A stretch of DNA of 64,000 nt from Macrostomum hystrix (GCA_950097015.1 CATNEN010000026.1:1488001-1552000); one strand, 5' to 3'; counted from the first letter of the stretch, positions 1 through 13,590 are shown. Notes: generated by a model not told the origin, from the letters alone. Program-made: numbers and translations.

Positions 1-345
1 TCAGTTGAACTTTCAGCCCGACCACTGATAAAAAACATGGCCGGGGGTCAATTGCAGACCGGTCGCCTCTCGCACCAAGATCCCTGAGCTCGATTCCACA
101 TTAAATTGGGGCACAGCCGCGAAGGGAAGGGCTTGGGGCTTGTCGTAAAATTTGTGCCCTCGAGGGCAAACCAATAAGGCACAATGAGAGTATACACTGC
201 CTGACGATGAGAAAGTCAGGGCAGATGTACACACCTGTGTGAGTGTGTGCCTGCGTACGGTATCTATGTGCGTGTGTGCCCAGGAGTCAGCGAAATGGGC
301 AGAATTGCCTCCTCGATTGCTGCGGGTCTAGGATCACAAACACCT

Positions 346-862
346 ATCACCTCAAATTACCCACCACCTCAAATCACCCACCACCTCAAATCACCCACCA
401 CCTCAAATCACCCACCACCTCAAATCACCCACCACCTCAAATCACCCACCACCTCAAATCACCCACCACCTCAAATCACCCACCACCTCAAATCACCCAC
501 CACCTCAAATCACCCACCACCTCAAATCACCCACCACCTCAAATCACCCACCACCTCAAATCACCCACCACCTCAAATCACCCACCACCTCAAATCACCC
601 ACCACCTCAAATCACCCACCACCTCAAATCACCCACCACCTCAAATCACCCACCACCTCAAATCACCCACCACCTCAAATCACCCACCACCTCAAATCAC
701 CCACCACCTCAAATCACCCACCACCTCAAATCACCCACCACCTCAAATCACCCACCACCTCAAATCACCCACCACCTCAAATCACCCACCACCTCAAATC
801 ACCCACCACCTCAAATCACCCACCACCTCAAATCACCCACCACCTCAAATCACTCACCACCT
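346..862. repeat. 17-bp minisatellite (CCACCTCAAATCACCCA)n, near-perfect
   Basis: Direct reading; explains the 17-aa periodic ORFs 243..959 and 247..918. Confidence 0.97.
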
Positions 863-1120
863 GGGAACAACCAATGTTTGGTTTAAGCTGTCTAGTTTTC
901 ATACTTTTTTCACTTTAATCGAATACAAACGGCTAAGCAGAAGTTTTAAAAAAATATAATAAGCTGATTAAAAGAGTGCAGAATGCAGTTGAACTATAAT
1001 TGAAAAATGCTTTTTTGTTAAAATGTTAAATGTTGAACATAAAGTTAAAGATTTAATATTTTTTCATTTTCTTTTAGTTCAGCACCAATATATTTTGTTA
1101 ATGATCTGATCGTGGTCTTC

Positions 1121-1790
1121 CACCCCTGATCCTTCAGAGCATCCGCCCTTCTCCCCTGATCCTTTAGAGCATCCGCCCTCCTCCCTTGATTCTTCAGAGC
1201 ATCCGCCCTGCACCCCTGATCCTTCAGAGCATCCGCCCTGCACCCCTGATCCTTCAGAGCATCCGCCCTTCACCCCTGATCCTTCAGAGCATCCGCCCTA
1301 CACCCCTGTTCTTCAGAGCATCCGCCCTCCACCCCTGATTCTTCAGAGCATCGGCCTTCCACCCCTGATCCTTCAGAGAATCCGCCCTTCACCCCTGATC
1401 CTTCAGAGCATCCGCCCTACACCCCTGATCCTTCAGAGCATCCGCCCTTCACCCCTGATCCTTCAGAGCATCCGCCCTACACCCCTGTTCTTCAGAGCAT
1501 CCGCCCTCCACCCCTGATTCTTCAGAGCATCGGCCTTCCACCCCTGATCCTTCAGAGAATCCGCCCTTCACCCCTGATCCTTCAGAGCATCCGCCCTACA
1601 CCCCTGTTCTTCAGAGCATCCGCCCTCCACCCCTGATTCTTCAGAGCATCCGCCCTACACCCCTGATCCTTCAGAGCATCCGCCCTCCACCCCTGATTCT
1701 TCAGAGCATCGGCCTTCCACCCCTGATCCTTCAGGACATCGGCCCTCCACACTTGATCCTTCAGGGCATCCGCCCTCCACCTCTGATCCT
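1121..1790. repeat. 30-bp minisatellite (ACCCCTGATCCTTCAGAGCATCCGCCCTTC)n with some 29-bp units
   Basis: Direct reading; 29-bp variants (e.g. ~1310, ~1490, ~1607) shift the frame. Confidence 0.95.
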
Positions 1791-2212
1791 TTATGGCATT
1801 GGCCTTCCAACAAGTACTTTCTTCGATGCGAATTCATAGACCAGTTCTCACAGATTGCTATTGTAGTGCTCCAACTCGTGGGGAACAATGAGCAGATACA
1901 GAACTTCCAGGACCAACGCAACAGCTAGTAGCTTTGGAGAGCATTGTGAGCATTGGCCAAGCTTCCCGAATCCCGTTGTCTGCAGACTATTGACATAGCC
2001 AAGTCAACACAGTGACTGGCAGACGAGCAAACAGGGCAGCCAGAGCAACGCGAAATAAAATTGAAAGCAGAGAATATATTCGCCTGTTGTCCCCGATAAA
2101 AACTACTTTGACAGGAACCAAACCCTGCCAAACGTGCCAATTAAAACTTATCCATCACATTCTTGTCACCCCTGACTCGCAAGATCAACCAACGCATGCA
2201 ATTCTGTGTCAT

Positions 2213-3375
2213 GAATCTATCCCAGTCTGTCATCAATCTATCCCAGTCTGCCATCAATCTATCCTAGTCTGTCATCAATATATCCTAGTCTGTCATCAAT
2301 CTATCCCAGTCTGTCATCAATCTATCCCAGTCTGTCATCAATCTATCCCAGTCTGTCATCAATCTATCCCAGTATGTCATCAATCTATCCCAGTCTGTCA
2401 TCAATCTATCCCAGTCTGCCATCAATCTATCCTAGTCTGTCATCAATCTATCCCAGTCTGTCATCAATCTATCCCAGTCTGTCATCAATCTATCCCAGTC
2501 TGTCATCAATCTATCCCAGTCTGCCATCAATCTATCCCAGTCTGCCATCAATCTATCCCAGTCTGCCATCAATCTATCCCAGTCTGCCATCAATCTATCC
2601 CAGTCTGCCATCAATCTATCCCAGTCTGCCAAATTCTATCCCAGTCTGCCATCAATCTATCCCAGTCTGCCAAATTCTATCCCAGTCTGCCATCAATCTA
2701 TCCCAGTCTGCCATCTATCCATCTATCCCAGTCTGCCATCTATCTATCTATCTATCCCAGTCTGCCATCAATCTGTCGCAGTCTGCCATCAATCTATCCC
2801 AGTCTGCCATCTATCCATCTATCCCAGTCTGCCATCTATCTATCTATCCCAGTCTGCCATCTATCTATCCCAGTCTGCCATCTATCTATCTATCTATCAC
2901 AGTCTGCCATCTATCTATCTATCTATCCCAGTCTGCCATCTATCTATCTATCTCAGTCTGCCATCTATCTATCTATCTATCCCAGTCTGCCATCTATCTA
3001 TCTATCTCAGTCTGCCATCTATCTATCTATCTATCACAGTCTGCCATCTATCTATCTATCTATCCCAGTCTGCCATCTATCTATCTATCTCAGTCTGCCA
3101 TCTATCTATCTATCTATCCCAGTCTGCCATCTATCTATCTATCTCAGTCTGCCATCTATCTATCTATCTCAGTCTGCCATCTATCTATCTATCGCAGTCT
3201 GCCATCTATCTATCTATCTCAGTCTGCCATCTATCTATCTATCTCAGTCTGCCATCTATCTATCTATCTCAGTCTGCCATCTATCTATCTATCTCAGTCT
3301 GCCATCTATCTATCCCAGTCTGCCATCTATCTATCCCAGTCTGCCATCTATCTATCTATCCCAGTCTGTCAATAA
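2213..3375. repeat. 21-bp minisatellite (ATCAATCTATCCCAGTCTGYC)n grading into (CTAT)n-expanded units
   Basis: Direct reading. Confidence 0.95.
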
Positions 3376-3775
3376 TCTATCCCTTTTCATTCCAATCTAT
3401 AAGATTTTTCGTTAATTTTTTAAGGTTTTTTTACATATGTTGATACTACACACCATTACGTGTACTACACGGTCAGAACTCAGTGTTTGGTATTCATCTT
3501 CAACCGCAGTCCATTCGTCCATTCCTAGTCACGGCTGCAATCAACGCAGTCATGCAAATTTTAGTAAGCCGCATGACCGGCATAGTAGCTTGTCAGGTCT
3601 TAGCATAAAAAAGTCAGCATTAATAATTGACCGCACACCTTACCTTAGGCTACCATATTAATGCATAGTGCTTCCGCTCTCAATGCATTATGAAGCCTTG
3701 GAAAGAGAATTACTTTTGACAGATATTAGAAAATACATATCAGATAAACATCAATAAGTATTTAATTTCTAAAAG

Positions 3776-3857
3776 CAACAGAAAATTGCGTCATCACTTT
3801 CCGCGGCTGAGATCGCTTTGATAGCGGTCTCAGTGTGGGTTGTCCTGCTGGTGGTTG
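3776..3857 (+). CDS. Internal exon encoding the first part of a transmembrane helix (QQKIASSLSAAEIALIAVSVWVVLLVV-G)
   Basis: AG acceptors at 3775/3781, donor G|GTAAGC at 3858. The phase-1 join to exon 4139 completes the hydrophobic helix ...VWVVLLVVGAAAGLFIYL-EKRRRR. Upstream exons not identified. Confidence 0.7.
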
Positions 3858-3944
3858 GTAAGCTGCTGTGAACTTTTAAGGAAACTGGTTGTAGTCCATG
3901 ATCTGTATCCAAATGTATTTCCCTCATATTCCCATCAACACAGA

Positions 3945-4112
3945 TCCTCATCGACTCAGATCCTCATCGAAAAAGGTCCTCATCGACACATATCCTCATC
4001 GAAAAAGATCCTCATCGACACAGATCCTCATCGACACAGATCCTCATCGACACAGATCCTCATCGACACAGATCCCCATCGACTCAGGTCCTCATCGACT
4101 TAGATCCTCATC
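3945..4112. repeat. 16-bp intronic minisatellite (CAGATCCTCATCGACA)n
   Basis: Direct reading; fills the intron 3858-4138. Confidence 0.9.
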
Positions 4113-4138
4113 AAAAAATACCAATTTTAATTGGACAG

Positions 4139-5061
4139 GTGCAGCCGCCGGCCTCTTTATCTACCTCGAGAAACGCCGTCGCCGACAACTAGACGATCAG
4201 CGTCGACCTCGCCACCGTCGGCGCCGTGGAAGCGAGCGCGGCTCCGAAGCAGCCGACGGGCCGTCGATGTCGCCGCCGATGACGTCATTCTCTGTCAACG
4301 ATTTGTCAGCCGCAGCCGTACAGTTTGACGCGGTCTCGAACGCGCCCAGCGACCCGGGCTCAGCTCAGGCGGTGCAGGCTCAGCTGGACCTGCTCAAACC
4401 GCACCTGCTCTCCTTCAAGGCCATGCTGTGGGACCTCGAGAAGTGGATCGATGCTCGGTCCAGCGCCAGCCCCGGCGCCATCGTCACAGAGTATCTGGAG
4501 GCCCGTAGCCGTCTGAAACAGGTTCTGCTCCTGCTAGAAGAGCAAGCGGACTGTCCGCCTGAGCAGTGCTCTAAGATTGCTCAAATGTTGGACTGGAGCG
4601 AGCGCTGCCTGAAACGGTTCCTAGTCAGCAACAAAACCTACGACCCAGCCGCGCCGTCACTGCAGCGATCGACTAAGAAGACAATGCCGTCGAAGGGTAG
4701 CCGGCGGAGCGGCGGCGCCCGAGGCGGTCCGGTCGGTCGGCGCGTTGCCGTCAAGCGCTCCCACTCGGCGCCGAGACCAACTCTATCGCACTCGGCGGCA
4801 CGCGAGCCCGGCTTTGTCCTGGTCGGCTTCAACCCGGCTTCGGGCGGCCTAGGAGGCGGCGGAGGAGGCGGCCGTCGAAGGCTGCCCCAGCGTGGCGCGA
4901 TGTTCCTGCCAACGGACAGTGATGCTGTTGAAAGCACGACAGTCGGCAGCACCGGCAGGTTCACAATTCATCGCCGGCTAACTCCGATTTCGGAGCATCC
5001 GCCCAGGAGATCCGTGTCCCTGTCCGGCCTGTTCGATAGGGAGATTTCGACGCCGCTGTGA
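4139..5061 (+). CDS. Terminal exon of a single-pass membrane protein: end of TM helix, basic stop-transfer, ~300-aa cytoplasmic region with a helical block (LDLLKPHLLSFKAMLWDLEKWID...MLDWSERCLKRFL)
   Basis: Acceptor TTGGACAG|GT at 4138; GC-rich open frame to TGA 5061 (ORF 3898..5061 minus its repeat-derived start). Family not recognised. Confidence 0.75.
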
Positions 5062-5523
5062 CTTCTAATATTGCTATTGTAGCCATGGCAACCTGACTAG
5101 GCTATATGACGCTATCTAGAATCCAAATCTATATTTTTAGCAGCAAAATTTTTTATGAGCTTGCCCCTGAGCAAGGAAGCCTATAATTTAATAGTTTATC
5201 AATTTGCTAAATTCTGCAATAAGTCTCATTTTATTTTGCAAGCATGTCGCTTTGGTCATTAGTGTTGTTAAATTGACTCTGGCAGTCCATCACCTCCTGT
5301 CACGCTTCTGAGTTCTTCTAATTAACTCAAGGAAGTGAATTTTGGCAATCACCTTAGTATAAATGCACATACAAAATAATCACATTTTTAAAGCAATTGA
5401 CTTGCTAGCTAACTAAAAATGGTTTAACTTCTGTTTTGTTAAATTTAAACCATTTTGAAGAGCAACAAATGAAAAATTGACAAAATGGTAAGATACTCGA
5501 GAAGAAAAGCCACGTGCAGAGCA

Positions 5524-6075
5524 GGATGGAATGGGATGGGATGGGATCAGATGAGGATGGGATGGGATCAGATGAGGATGGGATGGGATGGGATCAGATG
5601 AGGATGGGATGGGATGGGATCAGATGAGGATGGGATGGGATGGGATCAGATGAGGATGGGATGGGATCAGATGAGGATGGGATGGGATGGGATGGGATAG
5701 AATGGGATGGGATGGGAAGGGATGGGATGGGATGGGAAGGGCTGGGATAGAATGGGGTGGCATAGAAAAGGATGAGGATGGGATGCGATGGGATCAGATG
5801 AGGATGAGATGGGATAGAATGGGATGGGATGAGATGGGACGGGATGGGATAGAATGGGATAGGATGAGGATGGAATGGGATCAGACGAGGATAGATGGGA
5901 TCAGATGATAATGGGATGGGATCAGATGGAACGGATGAGATGGGATCGGATGGGATGCGATGGAATGTGATGGGATAAGATGGGGTGGGATCGGATGGGA
6001 TGAGGATGGGATGAGATGAGGATGGGATGGGATGAGGATGGGATGGGATCAGATAAGGATGGGATGGGATGGGAA
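5524..6075. repeat. (GGATG)n-based pentanucleotide satellite
   Basis: Direct reading. Confidence 0.95.
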
Positions 6076-6299
6076 GGAAAAGTACAAGTATGTATATGCA
6101 GGCAATCCGCTACCTGAGCTAACAAACAGCAATAGCCAGAATTCTTACCGTAGCAAGGTTGGACGAGGGCTTCGATTGGACTAGGGAAATTTTTTCTTAA
6201 AAGCAAAGAAATCCTTCCCTAAAGTCGGAAGCGAACGGAGAAACTTGGGATAAGAAATTTAGTTTAAAAATAGGCTAAAACTTTTGACGCGGCTTCGAC

Positions 6300-6620
6300 A
6301 TGCTCGATGGAGTCGCGTTGAAACGCTGGCAGCTGGCAGTTGAACTGCTCGGCATGGCGAGTGCATCCCTGGCCGACAACCCGGCTGACAATGGCGGATT
6401 TGTGGCAGCCGTGCGACTGCAGTGGTGGCACTACCTGGTGATCTGCTGCGCCATCGCCCTCTTGGCCATCGCCGTAGCCGTCACCTGCTACTGCACCAGG
6501 TGCCGCAAAGGCGCGACATCCAGGCCTGCTGTGACCGCGACTGTTGGCGCGGCGGCATCCGCGGACATCCCGGTGCGTCGGGGAATGCGATTTGGCAACA
6601 CAATCGGCAAACTCAACTGA
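6300..6620 (+). CDS. Small single-pass membrane protein (TM: WWHYLVICCAIALLAIAVAVTCYC, then TRCRK); start may be Met at 6354
   Basis: GC-rich intronless ORF between AT-rich/repeat flanks; clear hydrophobic helix followed by Cys/basic residues. Confidence 0.65.
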   Translation: MLDGVALKRWQLAVELLGMASASLADNPADNGGFVAAVRLQWWHYLVICCAIALLAIAVAVTCYCTRCRKGATSRPAVTATVGAAASADIPVRRGMRFGNTIGKLN

Positions 6621-6764
6621 CAGCCGCCCAAGCAGGGTTGGTTGATTTCAGGATTCAAAGGCTGAAGGATTTGTCCGTTCTTGACTCTAGGAGACTTCTG
6701 CATCAGTACACATATGAACCTGTACATTTGGGGATTCGAAGATTGTAGATTTAGGAATATTTCG

Positions 6765-7912
6765 TTTTGGGGATTTGTAGCTTTGGGGATTTGTAGCTTT
6801 GGGGATTTGTAGCTTTGGGGATTCGTAGCTTTGGGGATTTGTAGCTTTGGGGATTTGTAGCTTTGGGGATTAGTAGCTTTGGGGATTTGTAGCTTTGGGG
6901 ATTTGTAGCTTTGGGGATTAGTAGCTTTGGGGATTAGTAGCTTTGGGGATTTGTAGCTTTGGGGATTTGTAGCTTTAGGGATTCGTAGCTTTGGGGATTA
7001 GTAGCTTTGGAGATTTGTAGCTTTGGGGATTTGTAGCTTTGGGGATTCGTAGCTTTGGGGATTCGTAGCTTTGGGGATTTGTAGCTTTGGGGATTTGTAG
7101 CTTTGGGGATTTGTAGCTTTGGGGATTCGTAGCTTTGGGGATTTGTAGCTTTGGGGATTTGTAGCTTTGGGGATTTGTAGCTTTGGGGATTTGTAGCTTT
7201 GGGGATTCCTAGCTTTGGGGATTTGTAGCTTTGGGGATTCGTAGCTTTGGGGATTTGTAGCTTTGGGGATTTGTAGCTTTGGGGATTTGTAGCTTTGGGG
7301 ATTTGTAGCTTTGGGGATTTGTAGCTTTGGGGATTTGTAGCTTTGGGGATTTGTAGCTTTGGGGATTTGTAGCTTTGGGGATTTGTAGCTTTGGGGATTT
7401 GTAGCATTGGAGATTTGTAGCTTTGGGGATTTGTAGCTTTGGGGATTTGTAGCTTTGGGGATTTGTAGCTTTGGGGATTTGTAGCTTTGGGGATTTGTAG
7501 CTTTGGGGATTTGTAGCTTTGGGGATTTGTAGCTTTGGGGATTTGTAGCATTGGAGATTTGTAGCTTTGGGGATTTGTAGCTTTGGGGATTTGTAGCTTT
7601 GGGGATTTGTAGCTTTGGGGATTTGTAGCTTTGGGGATTTGTAGCTTTGGGGATTTGTAGCTTTGGGGATTTGTAGCTTTGGGGATTCCTAGCTTTGGGG
7701 ATTTGTAGCTTTGGGGATTCGTAGCTTTGGGGATTTGTAGCTTTGGGGATTTGTAGCTTTGGGGATTTGTAGCTTTGGGGATTTGTAGCTTTGGGGATTT
7801 GTAGCTTTGGGGATTTGTAGCTTTGGGGATTTGTAGCTTTGGGGATTTGTAGCTTTGGGGATTTGTAGCTTTGGGGATTTGTAGCTTTGGGGATTTGTAG
7901 CTTTGGGGATTT
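6765..7912. repeat. 16-bp minisatellite (GGGGATTTGTAGCTTT)n
   Basis: Direct reading. Confidence 0.97.
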
Positions 7913-8282
7913 GTTGTTACCCAAAGTCCTGTTTTGTATACTTGTACTTTAGCGTATTTGCAAAACTAGGATTCAGTTGCAATGAATTATGATTCATTGA
8001 TCGAATTTGATTTTTTCACCTGTTTTATTGACTTTCAAATTAGATCATTACTCAATTTATTACTCATTACTTATTACGTTTGAGTCTTGGTAGAGTCGTA
8101 TTGCACTACTAACAAGTATTGCTTCAAGTAGCAACCGGTACAATAAAAAAAATGTTTTCGATTTCGTAAAGTCTGTTTCAAACTATTTACACTGTTCACA
8201 TACAGTTTCCCTGTGCCTTGGAGGTTGACCATTGTGCGACAGGCAAACGCGTTTACCGCTCTGCTCACCCCCCTCGAATAAC

Positions 8283-11200
8283 GATCAAGCTTCGAACACC
8301 ACTGAACAATGACCAAGCTTCGAACACCACTGAACAATGACCAAGCTTCGAACACCACTGAACAATGACCAAGCTTCGAACACCACTGAACAATGACCAA
8401 GCTTCGAACACCACTGAACAATGACCAAGCTTCGAACACCACTGAACAATGACCAAGCTTCGAACACCACTGAACAATGACCAAGCTTCGAACACCACTG
8501 AACAATGACCAAGCTTCGAACACCACTGAACAATGACCAAGCTTCGAACACCACTGAACAATGACCAAGCTTCGAACACCACTGAACAATGACCAAGCTT
8601 CGAACACCACTGAACAATGACCAAGCTTCGAACACCACTGAACAATGACCAAGCTTCGAACACCACTGAACAATGACCAAGCTTCGAACACCACTGAACA
8701 ATGACCAAGCTTCGAACACCACTGAACAATGACCAAGCTTCGAACACCACTGAACAATGACCAAGCTTCGAACACCACTGAACAATGACCAAGCTTCGAA
8801 CACCACTGAACAATGACCAAGCTTCGAACACCACTGAACAATGACCAAGCTTCGAACACCACTGAACAATGACCAAGCTTCGAACACCACTGAACAATGA
8901 CCAAGCTTCGAACACCACTGAACAATGACCAAGCTTCGAACACCACTGAACAATGACCAAGCTTCGAACACCACTGAACAATGACCAAGCTTCGAACACC
9001 ACTGAACAATGACCAAGCTTCGAACACCACTGAACAATGACCAAGCTTCGAACACCACTGAACAATGACCAAGCTTCGAACACCACTGAACAATGACCAA
9101 GCTTCGAACACCACTGAACAACAATAAAGCTTCAAACACCACTGAACAACAATAAAGCTTCAAACACCACTGAACAACAATCAAGCTTCGAACACCACTG
9201 AACAACAATCAAGCTTCGAACACCACTGAACAACAATAAAGCTTCGAACACCACTGAACAACAATCAAGCTTCGAACACCACTGAACAACAATCAAGCTT
9301 CGAACACCACTGAACGACAATCAAGCTTCAAACACCACTGAACAATGACCAAGCTTCGAACACCACTGAACAACAATCAAGCTTCGAACACCACTGAACA
9401 ATGACCAAGCTTCGAACACCACTGAACAATGACCAAGCTTCGAACACCACTGAACAACAATAAAGCTTCAAACACCACTGAACAATGACCAAGCTTCGAA
9501 CACCACTGAAAAACAATCAAGCTTCGAACACCACTGAACGACAATCAAGCTTCGAACACCACTGAACAACGATCAAGCTTCGAACACCACTGAACAATGA
9601 CCAAGCTTCGAACACCACTGAACAATGACCAAGCTTCGAACACCACTGAACAATGACCAAGCTTCGAACACCACTGAACAATGACCAAGCTTCGAACACC
9701 ACTGAACAATGACCAAGCTTCGAACACCACTGAACAATGACCAAGCTTCGAACACCACTGAACGACAATCAAGCTTCGAACACCACTGAACAACGATCAA
9801 GCTTCGAACACCACTGAACAATGACCAAGCTTCGAACACCACTGAACAATGACCAAGCTTCGAACACCACTGAACAACAATCAAGCTTCGAACACCACTG
9901 AACAATGACCAAGCTTCGAACACCACTGAACAATGACCAAGCTTCGAACACCACTGAAAAACAATCAAGCTTCGAACACCACTGAACAATGACCAAGCTT
10001 CGAACACCACTGAAAAACAATCAAGCTTCGAACACCACTGAACAGTGACCAAGCTTCGAACACCACTGAACAATGACCAAGCTTCGAACACCACTGAACA
10101 ATGACCAAGCTTCGAACACCACTGAACAATGACCAAGCTTCGAACACCACTGAACAATGACCAAGCTTCGAACACCACTGAACAATGACCAAGCTTCGAA
10201 CACCACTGAACAATGACCAAGCTTCGAACACCACTGAACAATGACCAAGCTTCGAACACCACTGAACAATGACCAAGCTTCGAACACCACTGAACAATGA
10301 CCAAGCTTCGAACACCACTGAACAATGACCAAGCTTCGAACACCACTGAACGACAATCAAGCTTCGAACACCACTGAACAACGATCAAGCTTCGAACACC
10401 ACTGAACAATGACCAAGCTTCGAACACCACTGAACAATGACCAAGCTTCGAACACCACTGAACAATGACCAAGCTTCGAACACCACTGAACAATGACCAA
10501 GCTTCGAACACCACTGAACAATGACCAAGCTTCGAACACCACTGAACAATGACCAAGCTTCGAACACCACTGAACAATGACCAAGCTTCGAACACCACTG
10601 AACAACAATAAAGCTTCAAACACCACTGAACAACAATAAAGCTTCAAACACCACTGAACAACAATCAAGCTTCGAACACCACTGAACAACAATCAAGCTT
10701 CGAACACCACTGAACAACAATAAAGCTTCGAACACCACTGAACAACAATCAAGCTTCGAACACCACTGAACAACAATCAAGCTTCGAACACCACTGAACG
10801 ACAATCAAGCTTCAAACACCACTGAACAATGACCAAGCTTCGAACACCACTGAACAACAATCAAGCTTCGAACACCACTGAACAATGACCAAGCTTCGAA
10901 CACCACTGAACAATGACCAAGCTTCGAACACCACTGAACAATGACCAAGCTTCGAACACCACTGAACAATGACCAAGCTTCGAACACCACTGAACAATGA
11001 CCAAGCTTCGAACACCACTGAACAATGACCAAGCTTCGAACACCACTGAACAATGACCAAGCTTCGAACACCACTGAACAATGACCAAGCTTCGAACACC
11101 ACTGAACGACAATCAAGCTTCGAACACCACTGAACAACGATCAAGCTTCGAACACCACTGAACAATGACCAAGCTTCGAACACCACTGAACAATGACCAA

Positions 11201-11455
11201 GCTTCGAACACCACTGAACAATGACCAAGCTTCGAACACCACTGAAAAACAATCAAGCTTCGAACACCACTGAACAATGACCAAGCTTCGAACACCACTG
11301 AACAACAATCAAGCTTCGAACACCACTGAACAATGACCAAGCTTCGAACACCACTGAAAAACAATCAAGCTTCGAACACCACTGAACAATGACCAAGCTT
11401 CGAACACCACTGAACAATGACCAAGCTTCAAACACCACTGAACAACGATCAAGTT
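8283..11455. repeat. 28-bp satellite (CAAGCTTCGAACACCACTGAACAATGAC)n, ~113 units
   Basis: Direct reading; source of all the VVFEAWSLFSGV ORFs. Confidence 0.98.
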
Positions 11456-11820
11456 AAGAGCTCCATTGAGCCACCAACTGAAACCTACGAGTTTTCAAAC
11501 TGATACGCATGTTTCCAAACAGCTAGTTGTATCAATGTTAGGTATAAAGGGACAAACACTGACGCATGACTATTTTTTACCCGTAATGATGCGCACTTTG
11601 ACCCTGAAGGCCTTAACCTTTTGCGCTCTAGTTATGCATTATTTATTTGCTAGGTAAAAATAAGCCTTGTTCTATAGTATTAAATTGGCTTGGGTTATTA
11701 GAAAAAAAATCTAGCAAAGAGTGGAATCAACAGCAGTCCGTGGCAGGATCGTGCACTAAAATTCTTGAGAATTATTCATTAGAATAGGCAATCGCGCACT
11801 GATGAACCCCCGTTGTGAAG

Positions 11821-12650
11821 CTATTCGGCCTTGGCGGCATCGCATCGCTGCAGTGATATCACAAGCACCTTAGAACACATGGCTGCAATGGTAGTATTGT
11901 TAGTCGAATCATTTTCTAACTTTTTCCGCACTGCTTGGTCATTATCCTGCTTCAGAGATCGGATGTCTTCTGCTCCTTTTCTCAGAGGTCCAGGCAGTTC
12001 ACCACCGCAATTATTCTTCCTGTACCGGGTTAAGGATTCAGCTGACAATTGCCTTCCACAAGCGTGGCACATCACCCTTCTGGTCTTGTAGACCCGCAAT
12101 TTCACTTTCCTGTTTATTTTTTTTCTTTTTCTCAAGATTTTATTCCACTGGCTTCGGTTCCGCTGATGGCGAGAATTGCTCGGCGACTGCAAACCTCCAG
12201 ATTCTTTTTCAACTGTCGGTGGCAATGGTTCATCTTGATCACGGTTCTCGAGTCCACAGCTCGAGTCACTAATAAGCAGGTCACAGAAATACTGCTGCAT
12301 TGCCGGCTGGCGATTGGATAAGCCGTTGATGCATCGAGAAAGAGAGTCGACGCCATTCAAAATGGGCACCTGGTCCCTCATCCAATCATCAAAGACAGTA
12401 CCGTACGGATCCGATTGTTCCAGCGCAAGAATGCATTGCTCAGCATCTGAGAACATTTCGTCTGTTGTTGGCTGCTCAAGGCTAGACCTCGAATCACCTC
12501 TAGCAGCTGTAACTGGATCGAAACTGGCATGTTGCGTGTACGATAAATATTCTGTTAGCCAAGGTTTCTGCTGAGCAATTTCATCTTGCAGATGATCCTC
12601 AACAGCTGAAGCCGTCGTGGACATAGTCTCATTTGAACTCGTAGCATCAG
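11821..12650 (-). CDS. Unknown protein, putative exon 2; basic patch (RKRKKINRKVK) and C-x2-C...C zinc-finger-like motif (CHACGRQLSAESLTRYRKNNC)
   Basis: 267-aa non-repetitive ORF 11821..12624; in-frame phase-1 acceptor CCAG| at 12651 matches the donor at 13652. Confidence 0.6.
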
Positions 12651-12728
12651 CTGGATATGCGGCACATGCTGTTGCTGTTTTTGTTAAGGAGCGTATTAAT
12701 GTCGTCAGTTTCGGTACAACATATCTTT

Positions 12729-13590
12729 ACTGCCTCATCTCTCCCTAGCTGCCTCATCTCATCACCTGCCTCATCTCTCCCTAGCTGCCTCATCTCTCCC
12801 TAGCTGGCTGCCTCATCTCTCCCTAGCTGCCTCATCTCTCCCTAGCTGGCTGCCTCATCTCTCCCTAGCTGCCTCATCTCTCCCTAGCTGGCTGCCTCAT
12901 CTCTCCCCTGCCTCATCTCTCCCTAGCTGCCGCATCTCTTCACTGCGTCATCTCTCCCTAGCTGCCTCATCTCTTCACTGCCTCATCTCTCCCTAGCTGC
13001 CTCATCTCTCCCTAGCTGCCTCATCTCTCCCTAGCTGGCTGCCTCATCTCTCCCTAGCTGCCTCATCTCTCCCTAGCTGGCTGCCTCATCTCTCCCTAGC
13101 TGCCTCATCTCTCCCTAGCTGGCTGCCTCATCTCTCCCTAGCTGCCTCATCTCTCCCTAGCTGGCTGCCTCATCTCTCCCCTGCCTCATCTCTCCCTAGC
13201 TGCCGCATCTCTTCACTGCGTCATCTCTCCCTAGCTGCCTCATCTCTTCACTGCCTCATCTCTCCCTAGCTGCCTCATCTCTCCCTAGCTGCCTCATCTC
13301 TCCCTAGCTGCCTCATCTCTCCACTGCCTCATCTCTCCCTAGCTGCCTCATCTCTCCACTGCCTCATCTCTCCCTAGCTGCCTCATCTCTCCCTAGCTGC
13401 CTCATCTCTCCACTGCCTCATCTCTCCCTAGCTGCCTCATCTCTCCACTGCCTCATCTCTCCCTAGCTGCCTCATCTCTTCACTGCGTCATCTCTCCGCT
13501 GCCTCATCTCTTCACTGCGTCATCTCTCCGCTGCCTCATCTCTCCTCTGCCTCATCTCTCCCCTGCCTGATCTTACTCCTGCCTCATCTC
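12729..13590. repeat. ~19-bp minisatellite (CTGCCTCATCTCTCCCTAG)n
   Basis: Direct reading; lies in the putative intron of the 11821-13854 gene. Confidence 0.95.

Noticed and set aside
13-234. Minus-strand 73-aa ORF after a CAG acceptor-like site
   Set aside because: No recognisable motif or partner exon; cannot be supported.
1110-1928. Pro-rich mucin-like ORF (TPDPSEHPPF)n on +
   Set aside because: 29-bp variant units shift the frame into TGA-containing phases and there is no start or supported splice site.
243-11438. Long ORFs in the track over 243-959, 2012-3415, 6934-7924 and 8074-11438
   Set aside because: Translations of tandem arrays whose unit lengths (17, 16, 28) are mostly not multiples of 3; open in several frames at once; no unique coding flanks.
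8283-11455. CRISPR-like array (28-bp repeat with palindromic core)
   Set aside because: Units are head-to-tail with no unique spacers; eukaryotic context; no cas genes.
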